NCBI RefSeq assembly: GCF_006345805.1
Contig: NW_021832453.1
Location: 1 to 31,065 of the forward strand
Origin: Octopus sinensis
Lineage: Eukaryota
Direction of reading: 5' to 3'
Length of the DNA: 31,065 nucleotides
Below, in pieces: positions 11,584-21,800 of this stretch. The translations under genes were made by a program, and so were the position numbers. Positions within the stretch are counted from its first letter, which is position 1, and the number at the start of each line of letters is the position of its first letter. Below the pieces are notes generated by a model. It was not told the DNA's origin and did not search any database. It saw only the letters and a program-made list of their open reading frames with translations.

Positions 11584-12938
11584 CACAATGTAACACGTTT
11601 TGTTTATTTGTATTTTTTAATGTTCATATAAGCATTTTTTGCCACTAAATTCAAAAATCACATTCATTTTTACCTAACATCGATAGTTATTTATTTATTC
11701 CTAATTTCATATTTGCTCGTTATATTTGTAACTTTTCTCTACAGCACTTTGTTGGTTCAATCTATTCTAGTATTGTAAGGATAATTACACAACATTTAGT
11801 AATTTTTCATTTATTGAAAAGTATTTAGGAAGTATAATATTAGTTACAACAAAAAGAAACAATAAAACTCTGCACTGTAAATGCCTTGATAACTCTTTTC
11901 TTAAGATGAGAAGTGCTTTGACGATCGAGATTTTCTAGAGTGTATACCTTCATCTCTTCTGACTAAAGACCATATATAATCTCCCATCATAGCAGTATCC
12001 CATCGTCCTTGGTATCTTCTTTCCATAGTTGCGACGTCCTGATTAAATCTCTCACCATGATCCTCACTTCATGGCATTTCCAGTTCACAGATGTCTTGCA
12101 GTCTTCCCCCAGTAGATTCCATTCCTTCAACCTTGATGAAAGGAGTTCAACTCCTGGCTTAGTAAGACCCAGATCCCTGATTAAATCATCTAGCTCACTC
12201 TGATTTGGAAAGTGAGGCTCTGAAGTCGTTCATGGTACGAACGCTTCTGCCATTTCTTGGCTTCTGCTACTTGTTGACTCTTCAGATGAAATATTTTCTG
12301 GTGGTAGTGGTACTCGTAAACTGTCAGGTGCTCTAGATGATGGTATGTCTGGATACTGAAGAGCTTGTCTTCTTTTCACTTTTCTGTACTTTGTCACATT
12401 GATTATACAAAAGTAACAGTCATCGTGATGGTTCTTTGGCTCTCTCCACACCCTTGGAATGGCAAAAGGCATTGACCTTCCTGTACCTCTTAACCATCAT
12501 TCTAGAGTAGACTGACAGCTTCCACATATCACATGTGGGGGCCCGTGGTTTGTCCTGGTCACCCATGGGCATTCCGAAATAGTCTGTACGCTATCCACAA
12601 TTTGGCACCTTTCACAATCTTATGTAATACCTGCTTTTTTCCAATATAATAACCACACACATAGCAAAATGTATCTGGAGAATTTTTACATATTCTAGAA
12701 GCCATCCTGAAAGTAGCACAACTTAGTAATTGGTCTGAAAGGGAAAATTAGACATACATTAGTCAGCGGAACATTATAACAATACCGAATATATAATAAC
12801 ATTGAAAGTCGACATATTTTTTTAACTGTTGATGAGACACAAAAATAATTTCATTTTTGGAATCAGCAGAAAAAATAGATTGATAAACAATAAAAAAAAT
12901 ACAATTAACAAATTTTTTTTGAAAATTGTTACGTTGTG
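11584..12938 (-). mobile_element. Non-autonomous, internally deleted Chapaev3-type (CMC) DNA transposon
   Basis: TIRs CACAATGTAACA (11584) and CACAACGTAACA (rc, ending 12938), with TAA on both flanks. Transposase N-terminus from ATG 12705: MASRICKNSPDTFCYVCG...GDQDKPRAPHVIC...MPFAIPRVWREPKNHHDDCYFC. C-terminus: SEDHGERFNQDVATMERRYQGRWDTAMMGDYIWSL, stop at 11901-11903. The family assignment comes from remembered motifs and the 3-bp TWA TSD. Confidence 0.85.
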
Positions 12939-13519
12939 TAATTGATCTTTTTCTTCTTTCAATCAATGAAATATATTTTTTTAACTGATTTTGATTTTAA
13001 TATTAAACTTTGTATATAAATGGAATTGTTCTGGTGATTTCATTTCTATTTTATATCTTGAAGCAAACAAGAAGAATTGTTTAAATATTAAACAATTTGG
13101 TGACAACATATATTTTCTCTCCCAGTACAATCTACATCCTACATCAACATTTTAATGTGCAATGCATTAAATATATATATAAGTGAGAGAGAGAGAGAGA
13201 TACACACTTGTATACATACATATATACGCACACTCTTCACGTTTGTGCTAATTTCCTCCTACCATTTTATAAACTATAAAAAATGTGTCCAGGATTTCAA
13301 ATACTTTTACAAGAAGAGAAAGTTTATATTTTTTTGAACAATTTCAAAAATATTTGATGAATTCTAAAGAAAGAAAATGTAAATTATATTTAATGACAAA
13401 AAGTTTTAGATTTTATTTTGCATAGAAAATTCAAAGTTTGTAAATCAATTTTACAGAAATATAAGCTAAGAAATCAAATAGGTACGTAATTGTGTCTTTA
13501 TTTTTGTCCCACTAACATT

Positions 13520-13698
13520 GCTTGACAACCGATGTTGGTGTGTTTACATCCCTGTAACTTAAAAGTTCAGCAAAAGACACCAATAGAATAAGTACTAGGC
13601 TTACAAAGAATAAGTCCTGGGGTCAATTTGTTTGACTAAAGGCAGTGCTCCAGTATGGCCACAGTGAAATGACTGAAACAAGTACAAGAATAAAAGAA
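13520..13698 (+). mobile_element. Interspersed repeat (SINE-like) ending in GACTGAAACAAGTA(AAAGAGT)
   Basis: Collinear with the minus-strand copy at 27813-27990 (TGCTTGACAACCGATG, AATAAGTACTAGGCTTACAAAG, GGTGCTCCAG). Confidence 0.75.
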
Positions 13699-13943
13699 TA
13701 TATATATATATACATATATACACGTACACTATATAAATACACACACACATAATATATACATGTTTATGTAAAAGGGAAATAAAATGTTGAAGTTGATATT
13801 GAAAAGGAGAGAGGGAATGAGAGAGAGAGAGAGAGAGAGAAGAAAGTAAAAGAAGAGAAGGACATATGAAGGATATGAAATAGGAAAGGAAGGTTGTTAT
13901 CATTATTATTAATTACTGTTACTATTACTATTATTTGGGTGAA

Positions 13944-14256
13944 GGCGCATGGCTCAGTGGTTAGAGCGTCGAGCTTACGATCGTGAGGTTGTGAGCTCGA
14001 ATCCCGGACCGGGCTGCGTGTTGTGTTCTTGAGCAAGACACTTTATTTCACGTTGCTCCAGTTCACAGGTGCCAAGCTGTATCGGCCCCTTTGCCTTTCC
14101 CTTGGATAACACTGGTGGCGTGGAGAGGGGAGGCCGGTATGCATGGGCGACTACTGGTCTTCCATAAAACAACCTTACCCAGACTTGTGCCTCAGAGGGT
14201 AACTCTCTAGGTGCAAACCCATGGTCACTCATGACCGAAGGGGGTCTTTACCCTTT
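13944..14256 (+). mobile_element. tRNA-derived SINE with A box TGGCTCAGTGG (13950) and B box GAGCTCGAATCC (13993)
   Basis: tRNA-like head followed by a TTCTTGAGCAAGACACTTT core and a non-tRNA body. There is no complete cloverleaf. Confidence 0.85.
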
Positions 14257-14263
14257 ATTATTT

Positions 14264-14939
14264 GGGTGGTGAGCTGGCAGAATCGTTAGCATTCCGGGCA
14301 AAATGCTAGGCAGCTATTTGTTTGCTTTTACGTTCTGAGTTCAAATTTTTCCAACATCAACCTTTATCCTTTCGGGGTCAATAAAATGAGTACCTTTTGA
14401 GTTCTGGGGTCGATGTAATCAAGTTGCCTGCTCCCCAGAACTTTCTGGCCTTCTGTTAAAATTTGAAGCCATTATTATTATTATTATTATTATTACGACT
14501 CATCTGCCACTACATTCTGAGTTCAAATTCCACCAAGGTCAACTTTGCCTTTCATCCTTTTGGGGTCGATTCAATAAGTTCCAGCTACGCAATGGAGGCG
14601 ATGTAATTTACTAGTCCCCTCACCCCAAATTTCAGCCTTGTCCTATAGTAAGAAGTATTATTATTATTATTATTTTATTATTAATTATTATTACTATTAT
14701 TATTATTATTATTATTATTATAATTACTGTGACGAGCTGGCAGAATTGTGAGGATGCAAAGCAAAATGTTGAGCGGCATTTTGTCCATCTTTACATTCTG
14801 AGTTCAAATTCCACCAAGGTCAACTTAGCCTTTCATCCTTTTGGGGTCGATTCAATAACTTCCATGATGCACTGAAGCGATGTAATTTACTAGTCCCCTC
14901 ACCCCAATTTCAGGCTTGTGCCTATAGTAGAAAATTATG

Positions 14940-14982
<43 letters not shown>

Positions 14983-15533
14983 ATTAATTATTATTATATT
15001 ATTATTATTATTATAATGTGACGTGGCAGAATTGTGAGGATGCAAAGTGTGCGGCATTTTGTCCATCTTTACTTTCTGAGTTCAAATTCCATTGACTTAG
15101 CCTTTCATCCTTTTGGGATCGATAAATTAAGTACTAGTTGAGTACTGGGGTCAGTGTAATAGACTGGACCCTTCCTTCAACTGCTGGCCTTGTGCCAAAA
15201 CTTTTTTATATTATATTAAAAAAACTAAAAGAAATCATTGCTGTTGTTATTGTGTTTTTGTTGCTGCTGCTAATATTATTATTATTGATGTGTTATTGTT
15301 ATACATTGATGAGAAGCGGAATTGTTACAAAATGGCAGACAAAATACTTTGCATCATTTCTTCCAAGTTTACATTTTGAGTTCAAATTCCACCAAGGTTG
15401 ATTTTGCCCCTCGTCCTTTTGGGATTGATAAAATAAGAACCAGTTAGGGGCTGGGGGGGTGACATAATCAATTAACCCCCCACACCCAAAATTTCAGGTC
15501 TTATGCCTATAGTAGAAAGGATTATTATTATCT
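14264..15533 (+). mobile_element. Head-to-tail array of ~5 copies of one tRNA-SINE family separated by (TTA)n tails
   Basis: TTCTGAGTTCAAATT...CATCCTTT(C/T)GGG recurs at ~14335, 14515, 14795, 15075 and 15375. Confidence 0.88.
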
Positions 15534-15555
15534 TCAAAATATTACCAAAAAAAGT

Positions 15556-15759
15556 TGGGGGCATGGCTGTATGGTTAAGAAACTCACTTCAGAACCTTGT
15601 GGTTTCAGGTTCAGTCCCACTCTGCAGCACCTTAAAGAATTAACTTCTTCTAATGTTCCAGGTCGACTCAAGCCTTGTGAGTGGGTTTCGTACCTGGAAC
15701 TGATAAAGCCTATGGTATATACATGTGTGTGTATATTCATGTATGCATATCTACATTTG

Positions 15760-15806
<47 letters not shown>

Positions 15807-16005
15807 TGTGTGTGTGTGCATATGTCTGCTCATGTCTCCTTGTCTTGACATCTGCTGCGAATTATAAACAAATGTCACGTCAAACAAACAGAGTCGTTTG
15901 TTTGCAGTGTTCCACCAGAAAACATATCCAACCATTGTGCTGTTCATGTTGGAAGAACTTGGGGAAATATTCTCTTGCTTGAAGCCAGGTGAGGATTGGT
16001 GACTC
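15556..16005 (+). mobile_element. tRNA-derived SINE with internal (TG)n tract
   Basis: GGCTGTATGGTTAAG A box, GGTTCAGTCCC B box and AAGCCTTGTGAGTGG body. Homologous to the minus-strand copy at 28034-28195. Confidence 0.75.
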
Positions 16006-16137
16006 TCATCAAGTGTAGTCATAGACTCGACTGAGTGGGACTCATGAGAACCTGGCAAGAAACAAAACAAAATTATTAGAAGGAAAATACAGAAAAGAAA
16101 ATACACCACCTGATGTATTATAAAGGTTTTGATATCC

Positions 16138-16265
16138 ATTTTCCCTAACTGGCATGGGTAGGACAGTTGACGAGGAAGTAGTGAACCAGAGGACATTGCT
16201 GAGCTCCAATGAAAGATTTGGCAAGATTTGGCAAGATTTCTACAGCTGGATGATCTTCTTAACAC
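16138..16265 (-). mobile_element. Degenerate copy of the 8250-8560 repeat family
   Basis: CCATTTTCC...GCATGGGTAGGACAGTT...GATTTGGCAAGATTTCTACAGCTGGATG. Confidence 0.6.
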
Positions 16266-16744
16266 CAGATGCACACATACACGTGTGTGTGTGTGTTTAT
16301 GCATGCATAAGAGTATATGAATGAATAAACATGGGTTTACTTATGTTTGATTGCACATCTGATTTTGTATGCTAGCATGGGTTAGGTGAATATATTATTG
16401 TAGCCTTGTTTTACAGACAGACAGCCTTCCTATTGCTCACCCAAAACCATTTTGCACGAACAAAAGTTCTTATTTCCCATGTCTTCCAAGGTGGGGGTGA
16501 TTGGTTGACAGATGTTTCTGCTTGGAGCAACTTAAAAGAGATTGCAAACATAAACAAATGCACAGACACCTATGCGCACACACACTCAGCTCGAGTTCAC
16601 TGCTTCCTGTAGCAGAAACAGCTGGAAGCTAATGAAGGTGTCTACGTAACTCTTGTTCTTTTGTCGTTCATTGATTCATATCTATAAACATACATAGACA
16701 CAAATATTTATACACGGGTATGTGAAGGTATATATATGTAAAAG

Positions 16745-17102
16745 AACCCACTACACTCATGGAGTGGTTGGCGTTAGGAAGGGCATCCAGCCGTAGAAAC
16801 TTTGCCAGATCAGACTGGGCATGGTGCAGCCTTCTGGCTTCCCAGACCCCAGTGAACCGTCCAACCCATGCTAGCATGGAAAGCGGATGGTAAATGATGA
16901 TATATACATATATATATATATATATATTATATATGTATATATCATCATTTACCATCCGCTTTCCATGCTAGCATGGGTTGGACGGTTCAACTGGGGTCTG
17001 GGAAGCCAGAAGGCTGCACCATGCCCAGTCTGATCTGGCAAAGTTTCTACGGCTGGATGCCCTTCCTAACGCCAACCACTCCATGAGTGTGTGTAGTGGG
17101 TT
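16745..17102. repeat. Near-perfect 358-bp palindrome made of two tail-to-tail SINE-like 3' halves
   Basis: 16745-~16914 is the reverse complement of ~16928-17102, apart from a 1-bp indel and a 4-bp (CA) indel. The spacer is a short AT tract. Confidence 0.93.
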
Positions 17103-17519
17103 TTTGCGTGCATCCAGCTGTAGAAAGAAAACCAGAAAATGTAACTTCAGGCAAGATATTCTTTGAACCATCCAACCAATTCCAGCATGGAAAGTGGGGG
17201 TAAAATGATGATCATCATACATACATACAGACATATGGATGTATAAATATACATATGTGCATCCGTGTGTATATATTATACATGTATAAATATACATATG
17301 TGCATCCTTGTGTATATATTATACACATTCATTCATATATATGTATGCATGTGTATATAAATACATCTACGATTAGATTAAAGTCTAATTATTATGAGGG
17401 GTTTTGTAGGTTTTTCTTCCCCAAAATAAACCAAGTAGAATGGCACAAATGAAACATAAACATTCATTCCAATTTAATTTTACAATAGAAATATTTGCAA
17501 TTATCTGCTTTTCTCTTTA

Positions 17520-18197
17520 TAAACTTTGCTGCCAACAACAACAGCAATAACAACAACATAGCCTTATCCAGCTGTTCCCCAAAAATATGTTGTTGTTTAG
17601 TCCATGTATATTCAAAGAGCTGACATCCTGAACAAGGTCTCTTTTATTTTTCATTCCTCCTGGGGTCAATAGAGTAACAGTCATTATTTCATAGACCAAG
17701 GAGGCGGTGGAGGATCATTCTGATGATGATGGGTCACCAGAATGTCATTAAACACCCCCACCAATATTTCCTAATCCACCTCATTAAACCCCCAATACTT
17801 CATAATAAACTACACCAAGTTATAACTCCTCACCTAACACAAAACAAAACACACTTCACCTGCCAAACCCCTTTTTCATACAAACACATCTTTCTCATTG
17901 CTACCCAAACATTGTCCCTTATATTAAAGATAATTAAGATGAACCTACCTTTCATTAATTGGGCTTATTCATTAACCAATCTTTATTATCTCAATCAGCA
18001 ACAAATAATAACGATCCTCTCAACATGCTGTCTATCAGTGTGATTATATGAAAGCCCATCTTTGGATAAGCTTTCCGAGTTAATCAATGTGTGTGTATGA
18101 TAATTGTGTGGATTATATTGAAATGTCGAGAGATTTACAGCATTTGTCAGGTTAAGAACAGTTTCATCTCCAGCTTTATTGGTATCTGTGAATCCAG
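17520..18197 (+). CDS. Candidate coding exon, heavily frameshifted; 5' boundary uncertain
   Basis: Non-repetitive, with overlapping open segments ending ...YIE[N]VERFTAFVRLRTVSSPALLVSVNP at a CAG|GTAAAT donor (18198). It joins in phase 1 to the acceptor at 18409/18410, giving P|EIIVGSDF. Confidence 0.4.
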
Positions 18198-18409
18198 GTA
18201 AATATGATGGAAACCAAGCCAACCATGACTGTCACATCATTTCCAGTGCATATAATTATTAATAATACTTATATTCCTGATTTGTAGGGACGGGTATTTC
18301 ATTATGCAACCATAAATTCCTGTAAAATATATTAAATCGTTTTAGAAGTCAACACCACATTCTACTTTGTTAGCAGTGTTTTTCACATTATTCTATTGAT
18401 ATTCCATAG

Positions 18410-18751
18410 AAATTATAGTTGGCTCTGATTTTTTGCTAAAACCTTTCCTATCGAGATGTCAGATGTAAACAAACAATGAGATAAACAATGAGAACAAACA
18501 ACAGATTTTTTCTCTTTGATCTCATTGTTTGTTTCCGTCTGACATTTCGATATGAAATGTTGTAGCAGGAAATCAGTCCTGGCTATAATTTCTACCGATA
18601 ATATCTGTAGAAATAACCTCAACAAAATATTTATATTCCTTCTTACTACAACACTTTTCACCATCACTTATATTCAGTCAATAAAGATAATGGTGTATTT
18701 ATATCTTCAAGTTTTATTTCTAATGATTATTCCATTGAAAACAGTTTAAAT
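18410..18751 (+). CDS. Candidate coding exon, frameshifted; 3' boundary uncertain
   Basis: TTCCATAG acceptor in phase with the 18197 donor. Segments read EIIVGSDF / FDLIVCFRLTFRYEM / SYYNTFHHHLYSVNKDNGVFISSSFISNDYSIENSLN. The donor is weak. Confidence 0.3.
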
Positions 18752-18895
18752 GTTTAACTTCACTGTCAAATAAACAATTTGTTTAATATATTTAATGAAA
18801 TGTGTGTTTTCCTTGAAATTCTTTGAATGAATCAAGTAAATATTATTTTATCAAAAGCTTTTCACAAAACTAATAAAGTTTTCATTTTATTTCAG

Positions 18896-21800
18896 CTTTC
18901 ATGTAAAAATTAGTGAATTTTGAAGAGATAAATTGTATTCCAAAAGAAGAAAAACAAAATCCACAGAAAAGAATATATTTAACAGAAAAAGATAATAATT
19001 CTATATTCATAAAATGGAGAAGATTAATGAAGAAAACAAAATGTTGGCTCTCATTCCTGCCACAGTCTGTGATACAACAGCAATTTATAAGGAAACTACA
19101 CCAATTATTACCCAAATATTATTACACACAAAACACAAAGAAAACAGAAGAACAGGAAAGAAAAGACACAAAGAAATCTAAAGAACAGGAAAAGTCCATG
19201 TTACCAAGTTTCCTTCATATTGTGACATGTTACCGAACACTAATCAAAACAGACCACATCAATACGTTTATAGATTATGTAAAGGATAAATGTAATCACA
19301 TGGACTCTCTGGGTTTAAATGGATCTCGAATTTTACGTAATATCAAACGTAAAATGCCAAGATTTCTGGAAATTGCAGAACAAAATAATGATTTTGTTCA
19401 CCAAAACCTTGATTGGTTTCAACAAAGACTCTTTGACATTTATGTCACCTGTAACCCATACAACCACAAGACCATTGAACCACCAAAAGTAACCACAAAA
19501 TTTCGTCCTCTTCGGCCAGTTGTGACCAGAGAAGTAGAGATTGAGGAATCTGGTGAAGACTTAAGCAACCCAATATCCAATATTGTCGTCATGCAAGGGG
19601 GTATTGTAACATATTCCCGCCACTGTATGACAATATGTTGTATAACAAGAGACGGCAACAGAAACGATGTTCGTTGCTCATCTTCTGTCACTGATTTTAC
19701 AAGAATCAGTGAAGACACAGTCCTCGCCACCCTGCCCTTCCGAAAAATGATTCTTATTATCAACCCTTTAAGTTTGAGAATCACAAGAATTCAGCTAGGA
19801 TTAATCTTGGTTTCTTATTTGGAACATTCTACGCTTATAGGTGTAGAAATGTTTGGTCAGACCATATACGTCATTGACTGGGAAGAGAATAGAATAAAAT
19901 ACGAATTCATAACGAAAGAAATCCCTTCAGATATTGCTGTAGGAGCACAAAATAAACTCTTAGTATCCTTTTCCAATATTAACAGGGTTACCTGTTACAA
20001 TGTGGATGGCCAGCATTATTTGAGGTGGATACCAATTCCCTGGACATTCCAAGCCACATCTCTGTGTACCAAAACCATTTTTATGTCCTTCAGGGACATA
20101 TTATTTATCGGATATCAGGTACAGGTGCTGTGACAACAAGAGGAATTGGCATGAAATGCCGCCATATTTCTGTTGGCAGAGAAAACATTTTTGTACCGAT
20201 TATTTTGATGTCCTTCATATCATTGGAACAAATGAAGACTTTTGGCCCAGGCAGTCACATAACCCCAGCTATGGACCCCAACATTGAACAGCTATATTTA
20301 TATTGAGGATTGCTACAACATTACAAATATTCTACCTATGTCTACATCTTCTATATTAATAATTTACAAAAACAAGAAAGCTAAATTATTCACTGATAAC
20401 GGGGAAATAATTAACCAAAATAATTCAGTTTTCCTTGGGCTTCCTTCTTCTGTTGTAGAATAAACGCAAACAGATTCCTGGTATTTTATCCTGAAATGAA
20501 AGGGTTTCAGTATATCACCTGTCCTGAAAGAAAAGGCCTTTAATAAAGGTGCAAACTGGTTACATGAAAATCTGTCATATTGTATCAAATAAGTGTTAGC
20601 TGTGACCACCATGAAAACAAAAGCGAGGTCCATATCCTCTTGATCCACAAAGATAAAGTTGACATTGCAGAAAGAATTTCTCTGGGACATCATAATGTCA
20701 GCATTGCTGCAACTCCAATTAATTTTGTAGTCGTAGATGGAAACGAAAAAAAAATGGTATTTTATTCCACATGTGGTGAAGAACTTTTTCAAAAATACCT
20801 TCCATTCTATGGCTACCCTCATCACATCTACTCTGATAATGTTTATTCTATGTCCTCTTCAGGAGACACTCTATTCTCAGATGTTACGATCTATATGGAC
20901 AAATGAAATGGCAGTGGGAACTGCCTTCCCTGTTCACCCTCACATTGCTGTTTTCCAAGGAACTCTTTATGTCCCGGACACTCAACTCAACAGGGTTCTT
21001 CTTTACAAGTATCAAGACCGGTCGTCTGGCTGTCTTTTACCCATTAAAAATCCTTACATCAGAAATCTAAATCTACGACTCAAAGAAAAGGAGAATGACC
21101 AAAAACTTGTCATTGGCGAAATATGTAATCTGTCCAATGGACAGTTGGTGGTGTCCGACATCAACCATGATTGCTTGTTGTACATTTCTGAGGAAGGAGA
21201 CATTGTGTCCAGATTATCTCTGCCGTCTACAGCCACAGATATATGTCGATGGGATTCTAATCATATAGGGGTCACATTACCCCTACAGAAACAATTAAGG
21301 GTCATCGGAAACCTATCAAAGACAGTGAGAAGTGTAAAATTAAGGCAGCCTTATGTACGGGTGTGTAAGATGGGTGAATGTGAAATTGTTTGTTATTGTG
21401 ATAAACCATCACATTTAGACATTTTAGCCATCAATTATTATAATCAAGTTGAAGTAATTAAGACAATTAATATCCCTGTGTTTGTGAAATCATTATCAGT
21501 AGACAAGGAAACAGAAAAGCTATTAATTGTTACTAGGGAAAAAGCTTTTCAGTACAACACTAGAATAGGTGGTGGTGGTCATCGTCGTCATCGTCTTCGG
21601 TGTAAAACTAGATATGGTTATGCTAGTAGTATTAAGATGGTCCCCAGTGTTTTATGTCCCAAGTGAAACGTCCCCTCAGTCTCCAAGGTGGATCTATTGA
21701 CCCAACGTCTGTTTATCTGATAGACAGAAGCCGTATGTTTGCCATAAACGATCAGAATTTGTTGGTTAATGATCTCGTTACTAATAATCAACTTAATTAT

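Noticed and set aside
13944-14015. Possible tRNA gene
   Set aside because: A and B boxes are present but the stems do not close, and it continues into a SINE body.
14264-15533. CRISPR-like repeat/spacer appearance
   Set aside because: The units are ~200-280 bp SINE copies with (TTA)n tails in eukaryotic DNA. There are no unique spacers and no cas genes.
17239-17324. 43-bp tandem duplication
   Set aside because: Real, but an ordinary slippage duplication within an AT/GT microsatellite region.
20000-20950. Programmed ribosomal frameshifting or RNA editing as the cause of the split ORFs
   Set aside because: There are too many sites, no consistent slippery heptamer or downstream structure, and the same indel bias appears in the Penelope element. 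Sequencing error is more parsimonious.
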